From the NCBI GenBank assembly GCA_965261105.1, contig CBDHCM010000006.1:1284405-1348404 (forward strand): 64,000 nucleotides of DNA. The letters run 5' to 3'. The translations under genes were made by a program, and so were the position numbers. This document shows positions 21,851 to 31,324 of this stretch, piece by piece. The notes beneath the pieces were generated by a model. That model worked only from the letters and a program-made list of their open reading frames with translations, searched no databases and was not told the DNA's origin. Each line of letters starts with the position of its first letter. Position 1 is the stretch's first letter. The stretch is from Candidatus Aldehydirespirator sp. (GTDB taxonomy: Bacteria; Actinomycetota; Acidimicrobiia; Acidimicrobiales; Aldehydirespiratoraceae).

Positions 21851-21898
21851 CGTCGGGCATCACCCATTGAGCGAGTGGCCGCGCAGCGGTCGAGTTGG

Positions 21899-23014
21899 TC
21901 AGGCCAGGGTGTCGAGGGGCTCGGTGTATCCGAGGCCCAGGGCGTCGGCCACTGCGGGCTCGGTGATCTGGCCGTGGCGCACGCTGAGGCCGTCCTGCAG
22001 GCCCTTGTCGGCCGCGATGGCGTCGACGATGCCCTGGTCGGCCAGCCTGATCACGTAGGGGAGGGTGGCGTTGTTGAGGGCCTGGGTGGAGGTGCGGGGG
22101 ACCGCTCCGGGCATGTTGGCCACGCAGTAGTGAACGACCTCGTGGACGATGTAGGTGGGGTCGGCGTGGGTGGTGGGACGGGACGTCTCGGCGCAGCCGC
22201 CCTGGTCTATGGCCACATCGACGATCACCGTGCCCGGCCGCATCACCTTCACCATCTGGGCGGTGATCAGGCGGGGCGCCCGGGCCCCGGGCACCAGCAC
22301 CGCCCCGATCACCAGATCCGCGGTGTACACCGCCTGGGCCAGCCGGCTGGGGCTGGAGTACAGGGTGCGCAGGGCCGGGCCGAAGCGGGCCGCCAGCAAC
22401 TCGAGCACGCCGGCATCGCGGTCCAGCACGGTCACGTCGGCACCGAGCCCGAGCGCCATCTCCACCGCGTTGGTGCCCACGACGCCGCCGCCGATGACCG
22501 TGACCGGTGCGGCGGCCACTCCGGGCACGCCGCCCAGCAGCACCCCGCGGCCGCCCGCGGATGCCTCCAGGCAGCGGGCGCCGGCCTGGATGGCCAGGCG
22601 GCCCGCTACCTGGGACATGGGGGCGAGCAACAGGAGGCGGCCCTTTCGGTCGGTGACCGACTCGTAGGCGATGGCGGTGGCCCCGCCGGCCAGCAGGTCG
22701 CGGGCCTGGTCGGGGTCGGGGGCGAGGTGCAGGTAGGTGAACAGGGTGTGGCCGCGGCGCAGGAGGGCCCTCTCGGGGGCTTGGGGCTCCTTGACCTTCA
22801 CGATCAGCTCGGCCGCGTCGAAAACCTCCGCGGCGCTGTCCAGCACCGAGGCGCCGCGGCTGCTGTACTCCTCGTCGTCGTAGCCGGCCCCCGCGCCGGC
22901 CCGGCGCTCGACGTAGACATCGTGGCCCCGGTCGACCAGCTCGGCCGCGCTCTCGGGGGTGAGCCCCACCCGGTGTTCCTCGCTCTTGATCTCCTTGGGC
23001 ACACCGATGCGCAT
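21899..23014 (-). CDS. ald: alanine dehydrogenase
   Basis: Homology begins at MRIGVPKEIKSEEHRVGLTPE (ATG at 23014, 13 codons inside track ORF 21899..23053). It carries the NAD fold VTVIGGGVVGTNA and a typical AlaDH C-terminus. Confidence 0.93.
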   Translation of the reverse strand: MRIGVPKEIKSEEHRVGLTPESAAELVDRGHDVYVERRAGAGAGYDDEEYSSRGASVLDSAAEVFDAAELIVKVKEPQAPERALLRRGHTLFTYLHLAPDPDQARDLLAGGATAIAYESVTDRKGRLLLLAPMSQVAGRLAIQAGARCLEASAGGRGVLLGGVPGVAAAPVTVIGGGVVGTNAVEMALGLGADVTVLDRDAGVLELLAARFGPALRTLYSSPSRLAQAVYTADLVIGAVLVPGARAPRLITAQMVKVMRPGTVIVDVAIDQGGCAETSRPTTHADPTYIVHEVVHYCVANMPGAVPRTSTQALNNATLPYVIRLADQGIVDAIAADKGLQDGLSVRHGQITEPAVADALGLGYTEPLDTLA

Positions 23015-23141
23015 GTTGGACCCCTCCAGCCTGCGAGTGGTGAAATGATACACGCGCTGCTGCGATCAATTCTGAGCGATTTTCCTCCTAGATCTCCTTA
23101 CGGCGCTTATTCTTTGCATCACATCGGCGATTCTGCGCAAA

Positions 23142-23612
23142 ATGTTGTCTATGCAATCCATCGATGCGACTGATCGTCTCATCCTCAACGAGATGCAGCT
23201 CGACGGCCGCGTCTCGCACTCCGAGCTGGCCGAGCGTGTAGGGCTGTCGACGTCGGCCTGCCACCGGCGTGTGCGGCGTCTGGAGGCCGAGGGGGTGATC
23301 GCCGGTTACGTGATGATCCTCGACACCGAGGCCGTCGGCCGGGATCTCGACGTGTTCGTGGAGGTGTCGCTGGTCAGCCAGAGCGAGGAGTCGCTGCGGT
23401 GCTTCGAGGAGGAGGTGCGCGACTGCCGCGAGGTGATGTCGTGCCATCTGGTGGCGGGCGACGCCGACTATCTGCTGCACCTCGCGGTGCAGGACCACCG
23501 AGACTTCGAGCGGATCCACAACCAGCATCTGTCCCGGCTCCCGGGCGTGTCGCGGCTGCGGTCCAACTTCGCGATCCGCACCGTGTACCAGACCACCCGC
23601 CACCTGCTGTAG
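23142..23612 (+). CDS. Lrp/AsnC-family transcriptional regulator, divergent from ald
   Basis: 156 aa with the HTH DRLILNEMQLDGRVSHSELAERVGLSTSACHRRVRRLEAEGVI and a RAM/ligand domain. The divergent ald-lrp arrangement is classic. Confidence 0.9.
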   Translation: MLSMQSIDATDRLILNEMQLDGRVSHSELAERVGLSTSACHRRVRRLEAEGVIAGYVMILDTEAVGRDLDVFVEVSLVSQSEESLRCFEEEVRDCREVMSCHLVAGDADYLLHLAVQDHRDFERIHNQHLSRLPGVSRLRSNFAIRTVYQTTRHLL

Positions 23613-23709
23613 AGGCCGAGCGGGCTCCCGGGCGTGTCGCGGCTGCGGTCCAACTTCGCGATCCGCACCGTGTACCAGACCACCCGCCACCTGCTGTAGA
23701 GGCCGAGCG
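23536..23709. repeat. 2 x 87-bp perfect tandem duplication spanning the lrp 3' end and stop codon
   Basis: GGCTCCCGGGCGTGTCGCGGCTGCGGTCCAACTTCGCGATCCGCACCGTGTACCAGACCACCCGCCACCTGCTGTAGAGGCCGAGCG occurs at 23536-23622 and again at 23623-23709. Confidence 0.9.
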
Positions 23710-23722
23710 GGCAGGCCGGCGC

Positions 23723-24976
23723 TCAGTCCTTCTGGGTGCCTACCCTGAGGTCCTTGAAGGGCACGCCCCGGTCGACGCTCATGTCGCGGGGCAGTCCCAG
23801 CACCCGGTCGCCGATGATGTTGCGCTGGATCTCGGAGGTGCCGCCCGCGATCCCGGCCTGCAGCGCGGTGAGGGCCTGGCGCTGCCAGAAGGCGTCGGCC
23901 TCGTCCTCCCAGGCGACGCCGGAGGCCCCGGCCATGGCCATGGACACCTCGGTGTGCAGGTCCGCGATCCGCACGGTGGCCAGCTTGCCCACCGATCCGC
24001 CCGGCCCCGGGGTGCGTCCCGCCTTGAGCTCGGCCCGGGTACGCATGGCCACCAGCGACAGGCAGGTCTCCAGGATGCGCAGCTGCACCAGCTTCTGGCG
24101 CACCGCCGCGTCGGTGTCGACGCCCCGCTTGCGGCTCTCGTCGATGAGCCGGTCCGAGCGTTCGGTGCTGATCCCGCCGGTGATGCCCGAGCCGATGGCG
24201 ACCCGCTCGTACATGAGCATGGCGGTGGCCATGCGCCAGCCGTTGTTCGGGTCGCCGAGCAGGTTGCCGGCGGCGATGCGCACGTCGGTGAAGAAGACCT
24301 CGTTGAAGTGGGTGCCGCCGTCGATCTGGTGGATGGGGCGGACCTCCACGCCGTCGGCGTCCATGGGCACGATGAACATCGAGATGCCGGCGTGTTTGGG
24401 CACGTCGGGGTCGGTGCGGGCGATGACGATCCCGTAGGCGCACAGATGGGCCAGGGTGGTCCACACCTTCTGGCCGTTGATGATCCACTCGTCGCCGTCG
24501 CGCTCGGCCCGGGTCTGGAGGCTGGCCACGTCGGAGCCGGCGCCGGGCTCGGAGAACATCTGGCACCACACGTCCTCGGCCGAGATGATGCGGGCCAGGT
24601 GGGCGGACTTCTGGGAGTGGGTGCCGTACTCGGCCATCATGGGCAGGCACATCCCGTGGGAGATGATCAGGTCGTAGGTCATGTTGGGGTAGCGGCCGTA
24701 CTCCTCGCGCCACGCCCTGTCGTGAGCCTTGGTGAGCCCGGCGCCGCCGTATTCCCTCGGATAGACCGGCCCGGCCAGGCCCTCGCCGGCCAGCGCCCCC
24801 TGGAACCGCTGGGCCGCCCGAAGGCGCAGCTCACCTCGGGAGTCCGGGCGCCCGCCGAGCGACATGCCGGTGGCGTGCACGTCCAGGAAGGCCCGGCAGC
24901 GGGCCCTGAACGCCTCGTCTTCTTCGGGGGCTAGGACGTCGTCGGCCACGGTGGCCAGCGTAGACGCGACCGACAC
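23723..24976 (-). CDS. acyl-CoA dehydrogenase family protein
   Basis: 417 aa with an ACAD-like layout: N-terminal helical, middle beta (EPGAGSDVASLQTRAERDGDEWIINGQKVWTT) and C-terminal helical (GGTSEIQRNIIGDRVLGLP). Confidence 0.88.
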   Translation of the reverse strand: MSVASTLATVADDVLAPEEDEAFRARCRAFLDVHATGMSLGGRPDSRGELRLRAAQRFQGALAGEGLAGPVYPREYGGAGLTKAHDRAWREEYGRYPNMTYDLIISHGMCLPMMAEYGTHSQKSAHLARIISAEDVWCQMFSEPGAGSDVASLQTRAERDGDEWIINGQKVWTTLAHLCAYGIVIARTDPDVPKHAGISMFIVPMDADGVEVRPIHQIDGGTHFNEVFFTDVRIAAGNLLGDPNNGWRMATAMLMYERVAIGSGITGGISTERSDRLIDESRKRGVDTDAAVRQKLVQLRILETCLSLVAMRTRAELKAGRTPGPGGSVGKLATVRIADLHTEVSMAMAGASGVAWEDEADAFWQRQALTALQAGIAGGTSEIQRNIIGDRVLGLPRDMSVDRGVPFKDLRVGTQKD

Positions 24977-25206
24977 TGCCGCGAACTCTTCAACCGAGCG
25001 ATCCTCCCGAGCGGAGGAGGATCGGGTGCGGTTGGCCGGTAGCGTTGGAGCCAGTTTGGCCGGGATGTCCGGCCGGCGGGTTCGCAGGCGGGTGTTGGTT
25101 CTTCCGGTCTTGGTGAGCCAAACCCCCAGAGACAGCTGCCCTCATTTTACCCTTCGAGGCGGCGCCGAACCCATGAGATGCCCGCCTGACGCGGGCAAGG
25201 AGAATA

Positions 25207-26520
25207 ATGTCCCCCACCTTCGCCCGACTGGGCGTACCCGATTCCATATGCCGCGCCCTGACTGAGCGCGGCATCACCCAACCCTTCGACATCCAAACGG
25301 CCGTGCTGGGCGACGCCCTGGACGGGCGAGACATATGCGGCCGCGCTCCCACCGGGTCGGGCAAGACGCTCGCCTTCGGGATCCCGCTGGTGGCCAATGT
25401 CGGCCGGGCCCGCCCCCACCGGCCGCTGGCGCTGGTGCTGGCCCCCACCCGGGAGCTGGCCGACCAGATCATGATGGAGCTGCGCTCCTTCTCAGGCGGC
25501 GTCCGCGTGGCCGTCGTCTACGGCGGCGTGGGCTACGGCAACCAGGTCCAGTCCCTTCGCCGGGGCGTCGACATCCTGGTGGCGTGCCCCGGACGCCTCG
25601 AGGACCTGATCGAGCAGGGCGTGGTCAGCCTGAACGCGGTGGAGATGGTCGTCGTCGACGAGGCCGACCGCATGGCCGACATGGGATTCATCCCGGCCGT
25701 GAGGCGCCTGCTCGACCAGACCGCGCCGGACCCGCAGACGATGCTGTTCTCGGCCACGCTCGACGGCGATGTGGCGTCGCTCACCCGCGACTACCAGCAC
25801 GACCCGGTGCGCTGCGAGGTCGGCGACGAGACTCCCGACGTGATCTCGGCCGACCACCTGTTCTGGACTGTGGCCCGCGCCGGGCGCATTGCGGTCGCAG
25901 CCGACGCGATCACCGCGGCCGGGCCCGCGATCGTCTTCTGCCGCACCCGTCACGGCTGCGACCGGCTGGCCCGCCAGCTTGACCGGGCCGGCATCGTGAC
26001 CGCGGCGATCCACGGCGGACGCAGCCAGAACCAGCGCACCAGGGCGCTGGCCGCGTTCGCGGCCGGCCGGGTCCAGGCGCTGGTGGCGACCGACGTTGCC
26101 GCCCGGGGAATCCACGTCGAGGGCGTCGGCGCCGTCATCCACTTCGACCCCCCCGAGGACCACAAGACCTACCTCCACCGGTCGGGCCGCACCGCGCGAG
26201 CCGGCCGGGGTGGCGTGGTGCTGTCTCTCGTGCAGCCCGAGCAGGCCAGGGAGCTGGGCCGCATGCAGCGCCAGTTGGGCCTCCAGCAGCCGATCACCGA
26301 TGTTGATCTGGCCGCGATCGCAGGGCTCGGCCAGCCCTTGAGCCGCACCGAGCCCGTCACGGTCGCCGCCGGTCCGAGCCGGCAGCACGCCGACTCCCAG
26401 CCGCGGCGCCGCCAGCCCGAGCGTCCCGCGGCCAACCGCCAGTCCCGGTCCGGTCGACGCAACGGACCGGCACGGTCCCGGAATCGCAACCGGCGCCCGC
26501 CGGCCAGGTCGGCCGCCTGA
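25207..26520 (+). CDS. DEAD-box ATP-dependent RNA helicase with Arg-rich C-terminal tail
   Basis: 437 aa with Q-motif F..LGV...I..AL, motif I APTGSGKTLAF, PTRELA, VVDEADRM, SAT and HRSGRTARAG. The basic tail is RRRQPERPAANRQSRSGRRNGPARSRNRNRR. Confidence 0.93.
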   Translation: MSPTFARLGVPDSICRALTERGITQPFDIQTAVLGDALDGRDICGRAPTGSGKTLAFGIPLVANVGRARPHRPLALVLAPTRELADQIMMELRSFSGGVRVAVVYGGVGYGNQVQSLRRGVDILVACPGRLEDLIEQGVVSLNAVEMVVVDEADRMADMGFIPAVRRLLDQTAPDPQTMLFSATLDGDVASLTRDYQHDPVRCEVGDETPDVISADHLFWTVARAGRIAVAADAITAAGPAIVFCRTRHGCDRLARQLDRAGIVTAAIHGGRSQNQRTRALAAFAAGRVQALVATDVAARGIHVEGVGAVIHFDPPEDHKTYLHRSGRTARAGRGGVVLSLVQPEQARELGRMQRQLGLQQPITDVDLAAIAGLGQPLSRTEPVTVAAGPSRQHADSQPRRRQPERPAANRQSRSGRRNGPARSRNRNRRPPARSAA

Positions 26521-26543
26521 CGGACGGTCCTTCCCGCTCTCGC

Positions 26544-27413
26544 GTGGGAGGCCAGGTCGATCATCGCCGGCAGCTCGAGAACTACACGAGTCGCGCGAAT
26601 TCGTGGGCAGGGAGCCTCGCGGTGGCGACCACCGAGGACGAGCTCAACGGGGTGCGCGACCGGCTGCGAGAACTCGGTGTGCGCTCGATGGATGTTGTGG
26701 CGCCCGGCGACAACCGCCGGGTGGTGTTGGCCGCGGTGGACGACGAGTGGAGCGTGGCCGGCCTCGTCGCATCGCTTCGGGCCGAGGGCTTGATGGCGGT
26801 GGCGAGGCCACGGGGAGGCCCCGCCCTGCAAGCGTGGCTTCGAGACACTCGCCCGATCACGTTCGACGGACGGCTCAGTGTCTGCCATGCGTGGTCGGAG
26901 CACGATCGCAGGGATCTCCCGGGGCTGATCGAGCTTGGATCAGGCGGATTCGGAAATGGCCACCATGCCACGACCCGGCACCTCGTCGAAGAACTCCTGA
27001 GGCGGATCGGCGGAGGCGAGCGGGTCCTCGACGTCGGCTGTGGAAGCGGCATTCTCGGACTCTGTGCGCTCAAGCTCGGCGCGGCTGGGGTGGTGGCCGC
27101 CGACGTCGAGCCGGATGCTGTCGAAGCGGCGCGTCGCAACGCGCAAGTCAACGGAATGAGCCGCCGCATGAAGGCGACGCTTGCTCCTGTGGGCGATATC
27201 GGCGGCCGGTTCGACGTTGTGCTGGCGAACATCGCCAGAGCGGGAATCGTCGAGCTGGCCTCGGAGCTGGTCTCGCACGTGTCGCCGGGCGGATGGCTCG
27301 CGGTGAGCGGGATCTCGCCGTCCCAGTGCTCTCAGGTCGTCGACTTCCTCCGCCCCCTAGCGGAGGTTGAGCGCCGAACGTCAGGTGAGTGGTCGACCCT
27401 CGTGCTCGCCTGA
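26544..27413 (+). CDS. class I SAM-dependent methyltransferase, PrmA-like (ribosomal protein L11 methyltransferase family)
   Basis: 289 aa with GSGGFGNGHHATT, SAM motif VLDVGCGSGILGL and DVEPDAVEAARRNAQVNG. The N-terminal region resembles the PrmA substrate domain. Start is uncertain. Confidence 0.7.
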   Translation: MGGQVDHRRQLENYTSRANSWAGSLAVATTEDELNGVRDRLRELGVRSMDVVAPGDNRRVVLAAVDDEWSVAGLVASLRAEGLMAVARPRGGPALQAWLRDTRPITFDGRLSVCHAWSEHDRRDLPGLIELGSGGFGNGHHATTRHLVEELLRRIGGGERVLDVGCGSGILGLCALKLGAAGVVAADVEPDAVEAARRNAQVNGMSRRMKATLAPVGDIGGRFDVVLANIARAGIVELASELVSHVSPGGWLAVSGISPSQCSQVVDFLRPLAEVERRTSGEWSTLVLA

Positions 27414-27538
27414 TCGTGCACGTATCATGTCAACCGTTGGGCAGGTGGCGGCCCATGAGTCCGAACGCAAGCAGCCTGGATCTCACGATTATACATGATA
27501 TTGGTTATATTATATCGAGCCACAGCTGGATCTGATCG

Positions 27539-28447
27539 GTGACGCCAGAAGCTAACGGACAGGTTGTCGGATCAGGGCCGATACTGCGGCCGTCGTCGTG
27601 GCCCGACGCGATTCTGTTGCGCTCGAAGCACCCCGCCGCGTCCCCCATCTGTGGGGGCACCGACCTAATGGTCGACATCAACTTCGGCCGGGCCCGGCCG
27701 GCCGCGCTGTTGGATCTGGCGTGCGTCGAGGGGATCGACTCCTGGGAGCTGATCGAGGACGGGCGCACGGTGCGCATCGGAGCCGGAGTGTGCTTCACCA
27801 GGATCATCGACGAGCTCAGCGGGTTGTGCCCCGCGCTGGCCCAGGCGGCCCGCACGGTCGGTTCGCCCCAGATCCGCAACCGCGGGACCGTGGCCGGCAA
27901 CCTCGCCACCGCCTCGCCGGCCGGCGACTCCCATCCCGTGCTGCTGGCTTGCCGGGCGAGGGTGGAGGCCGAGTCGGTGCGGGGCTCGCGCCTCATCGAC
28001 ATCGACGACTTCTTCGCGGGACCCAAGCGCAGCGCGCTCGAGCCCGACGAGCTGATCCGGGCGGTGCGCATCCCTGCGGCGACGGGTCCGCAGCAGTTCG
28101 CCAAGGTCGGGCCGCGCAACGCGATGGTGATCGCCACGGCGTCGTTCGCGTTGAATCTGGACGTCGAGGGCCGGCGGGTGGGGACCGGGATCGGCTCGGC
28201 CGGCCCGACCCCGCTGCGGGCGCGCGCCGCGGAGCAGATGCTGGAGGGGGCTCTGGCGGATCGCTGGGGCGCGCCGGGCGTCGTCGGCGAGGGTGTGGCC
28301 CGCCGGTTCGGCGCCCTGGTCGCGGAGGCTGCGTCTGCTATCGACGATGTGCGCGGCACCGCCGCATACCGGACGCACGCGCTGTCGGTGCTGGGCCGGC
28401 GTTGCCTGAGCTGGGCGCTGACGGAGATGGGGGAGGGCGCGGCGTGA
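27539..28447 (+). CDS. molybdo-hydroxylase (xanthine dehydrogenase/CO dehydrogenase family) FAD-binding medium subunit
   Basis: 302 aa with ICGGTDLMVDINFG, RNRGTVAGNLATASPAGD and the C-terminal DDVRGTAAYR (CO_deh_flav_C-like). Confidence 0.85.
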   Translation: MTPEANGQVVGSGPILRPSSWPDAILLRSKHPAASPICGGTDLMVDINFGRARPAALLDLACVEGIDSWELIEDGRTVRIGAGVCFTRIIDELSGLCPALAQAARTVGSPQIRNRGTVAGNLATASPAGDSHPVLLACRARVEAESVRGSRLIDIDDFFAGPKRSALEPDELIRAVRIPAATGPQQFAKVGPRNAMVIATASFALNLDVEGRRVGTGIGSAGPTPLRARAAEQMLEGALADRWGAPGVVGEGVARRFGALVAEAASAIDDVRGTAAYRTHALSVLGRRCLSWALTEMGEGAA

Positions 28448-28917
28448 GGGTGAACGCAACCGTCAACGGCGTGGCTCACAGCGTGGATCATGTGTGGGCG
28501 CTGGAGAGCCTGCTGTATTTCCTGAGGGAGCGCGTCGGTCTGCGGGGCACCAAGAACGCCTGCGAGCAGGGCGAGTGCGGGTCGTGCTCGGTATATGTCG
28601 ACGGGGTGCTGGTCTGCTCGTGCCTGGTGGCCGCGGGGCAGGTGGAGGGCCGCTCCGTGATGACGGTGGAGGGGCTTGCTCCCGACGGAGGGGTGCATCC
28701 GGTGCAGCAGGCGTTCCTGGATGCGGGGGCGGTGCAGTGCGGGTTCTGCACGCCGGGGATGATCGTCGCGGCCCACTGTCTGCTCGCGGACGATCCCGAT
28801 CCCGACGATCTGACCGTGCGCGAGGAGCTGTCGGGCAATCTGTGCCGCTGCACCGGCTACCAGAAGATCCTCGATGCCGTGAACCTGGCCGCAGAACGCG
28901 CCGGAGCCGCACCATGA
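28444..28917 (+). CDS. molybdo-hydroxylase (2Fe-2S)-binding small subunit
   Basis: GTG 28444 overlaps the upstream stop (GTGA). Cluster 1 is CEQGECGSCSV...C and cluster 2 is CGFCTPGM...CRCTGY. Length is 157 aa. Confidence 0.9.
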   Translation: MRVNATVNGVAHSVDHVWALESLLYFLRERVGLRGTKNACEQGECGSCSVYVDGVLVCSCLVAAGQVEGRSVMTVEGLAPDGGVHPVQQAFLDAGAVQCGFCTPGMIVAAHCLLADDPDPDDLTVREELSGNLCRCTGYQKILDAVNLAAERAGAAP

Positions 28918-28933
28918 CCACCGGGGGCTTGCG

Positions 28934-31252
28934 GTGACGGTCGCCAGCACCTCGACGCGGGTCGCGACCCCCTCGGTGACCGTCGACGGTGTGGGGGCGT
29001 CGGCGGCTCGGCCCGACGGGGTCCCCAAGGTGGACGGCTCGTTCATCTACTCCTCCGACGAGCACCACGACGGGTCTCTGTGGGGGGTCACCCTGCGCAG
29101 CCCGCATCCGCGGGCCCGGGTCGTCTCGATCGACACGTCGCAGGCGGAGGGCCTCGACGGGGTGGGGTGCGTGCTGACCCATCGGGACGTGCCCGGCTCC
29201 AAGACCTACGGCATGAAGGTGTACGACCAGCCGGTGCTGGCCTTCGACGAGGTGCGCTTCCAGGGCGAGCCGGTGGCGGTGGTGGCGGCCGCCCACCCCG
29301 AGATCGCCCGCCGGGCGTGCGAGCTGATCGTCGTGGACTACGAGGAGCTGGTCCCCAACACCGATCCGCAGGCGTCGCTCACCGGCACGGTCGAGGGTCT
29401 GTTCGGCGGTGGGCTGGCCCGCCACGTGAGGATCCGCCACGGCGACGTCGAGGCGGCCCGCGGCCGGGCCGACGTCGTAGTCGAGGGCCGCTACGAGATG
29501 GGAACCCAGGATCCGGCGTTCCTGGGGCCCGAGTCGGGTCTGGCCGTGCCGGTGGGCGACGGCGGCGTGGAACTGTACGTGTCGTGCCAGAACCTGCACC
29601 TCGACCAGCAGCAGGTGGCCGACTGTCTGGGCCTGCCGCTGGACAAGGTGCGGCTGGTGCTGTCGGGCGTCGGCGGGGCCTTCGGGGGCAAAGAGGACCT
29701 CAGCGTCCACGTCCACGCCTGCATGCTGGCCCTGCGCACCGGCCGGCCGGTGCGGATGTCCTACAACCGCGAGGAGTCCTTCTTCGGCCACGTGCATCGC
29801 CATCCGGCCATCGCCGACGTCGAGCTGGGAGCGTCTGGCGACGGGCGGCTGGTGTTCACGAAGGTGCGGCTGGTGCTCGACGGCGGCGCCTACACGTCCA
29901 CCTCGCCGGTGGTGGTCGCCAACGGCTGCTACTTCGCGGCCGGCGCCTACGACGTGGCCAACGTCGCGATCGACGGGTACGCCACCTACACCAACAACCC
30001 GCCCTGTGGGGCGATGCGGGGCTTCGGCGCGGTGCAGTCCTGCTATGCCATCGAGTCCGCCATGGACCGGCTGGCCGGCAAGCTGGGCCTGCATCCGCTG
30101 GAGCTGCGGATGCGCAACGCCATCGCAGAGGGCGACCTGCTGCCCACCGGCCAGCCGGTCGACGGCCCCGCCCCGGTGCAGGAGATCCTCACCTATCTGC
30201 GCGACCTGCCGCTGCCGGAGGACTGCGACCATCGGGCCGCGGACATGAGGGCCCGCCCCGGCGGCGTCGGCAACGTCACCCGGGGAGAGGGCATCCGCCG
30301 GGGGGTGGGCTATGCGCTGGGCATGAAGGCGATCGGCTTCTCCGGCGGGATGGACGACACCTGCACCGCCCGGGTGACGGTGTGGATCCGCGACGGCGAG
30401 CCGGTGGCGGAGGTGTATTGCGCCGCCCCCGAGCTCGGCCAGGGCGTCGTGACCCTCGAAGCCCAGATCGCTCGCACCGAGCTGGGGGTGCGCACCGTGG
30501 AGCTGCGCGACCCCGACACCGACATCGCCGAGTCGGGAGCCTCCTCCGCGTCGCGCCAGAGCTGGATGACCGCCGGAGCGGTGCTCGGAGCGTGCGGGCT
30601 GGTGCGCCACGAGATCCTGGCGCGCGCCGCGGCGGTTCTTGGCCGCCCCGCCGGCGGGCTGCGCCTGGACGGCCCTGAGATCTGTGACGGCGGCGGCCGG
30701 CCGCCGGCCTCGGTGGCCGACGTGCTGGGCCCCGAGTCCGTGTCGCACGCCTTCACCTACCGCCACCGCCCCACAGAGCCCGTCGACCCCGAACGCGGCC
30801 AGGGCAACGCTCATGTCGCGTTCGCCTATGCCGCCCACCGGGCCGTGGTCGATGTGGACGTCGAGCTGGGGCTGGTCCGGGTGGTCGAGATGGCCACCGC
30901 CCAGGATGTCGGCAAGGCGATGAACCCCGTCGCGGTCGAGGGCCAGATCGAGGGCGGCACCGTCCAGGGCCTCGGGCTCGCCGTGATGGAGGAACTGCAC
31001 ATCACCGGAGGCAGGGTCCGCAACCCGTCGTTCACCGACTACCTGATCCCCACCATGCTCGACGTGCCGCCCATGCCGCTCAAAATCTTCGAGTTCCCCC
31101 ACCCCGACTCCCCCTACGGGCTCAACGGCGTCGGCGAGCCTCCCAGCCTGTCCTCCACGCCCGCCATCCTCAACGCGCTGCGAGACGCCACCGGCCTGGA
31201 ACTGCCCAGAGCACCCGTCCGCCCCCCGGATCTGATTGTCGGCGGCGAGTAG
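28934..31252 (+). CDS. molybdo-hydroxylase molybdopterin-binding large subunit
   Basis: 772 aa with the N-terminal a/b-hammerhead (KVDGSFIYSSDE...), GGAFGGKE, NPPCGAMRGFG, and the C-terminal GVGEPP. Confidence 0.9.
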   Translation: MTVASTSTRVATPSVTVDGVGASAARPDGVPKVDGSFIYSSDEHHDGSLWGVTLRSPHPRARVVSIDTSQAEGLDGVGCVLTHRDVPGSKTYGMKVYDQPVLAFDEVRFQGEPVAVVAAAHPEIARRACELIVVDYEELVPNTDPQASLTGTVEGLFGGGLARHVRIRHGDVEAARGRADVVVEGRYEMGTQDPAFLGPESGLAVPVGDGGVELYVSCQNLHLDQQQVADCLGLPLDKVRLVLSGVGGAFGGKEDLSVHVHACMLALRTGRPVRMSYNREESFFGHVHRHPAIADVELGASGDGRLVFTKVRLVLDGGAYTSTSPVVVANGCYFAAGAYDVANVAIDGYATYTNNPPCGAMRGFGAVQSCYAIESAMDRLAGKLGLHPLELRMRNAIAEGDLLPTGQPVDGPAPVQEILTYLRDLPLPEDCDHRAADMRARPGGVGNVTRGEGIRRGVGYALGMKAIGFSGGMDDTCTARVTVWIRDGEPVAEVYCAAPELGQGVVTLEAQIARTELGVRTVELRDPDTDIAESGASSASRQSWMTAGAVLGACGLVRHEILARAAAVLGRPAGGLRLDGPEICDGGGRPPASVADVLGPESVSHAFTYRHRPTEPVDPERGQGNAHVAFAYAAHRAVVDVDVELGLVRVVEMATAQDVGKAMNPVAVEGQIEGGTVQGLGLAVMEELHITGGRVRNPSFTDYLIPTMLDVPPMPLKIFEFPHPDSPYGLNGVGEPPSLSSTPAILNALRDATGLELPRAPVRPPDLIVGGE

Positions 31253-31324
31253 ACCACCGCCCGGTCATTGCCGGATCAGGCCCATCGGGAAGGGAATTAT
31301 AGACGTGAGTGACAACGGCGGCCG

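Noticed and set aside
21558-23173. 503-aa minus and 481-aa plus ORFs overlapping ald
   Set aside because: These are alternative frames or the antisense of alanine dehydrogenase, whose own frame carries the diagnostic motifs. Their composition is junk-like.
25335-26388. 215-aa plus and 298-aa minus ORFs inside the DEAD-box helicase gene
   Set aside because: These are out-of-frame or antisense to a gene carrying all the DEAD-box motifs.
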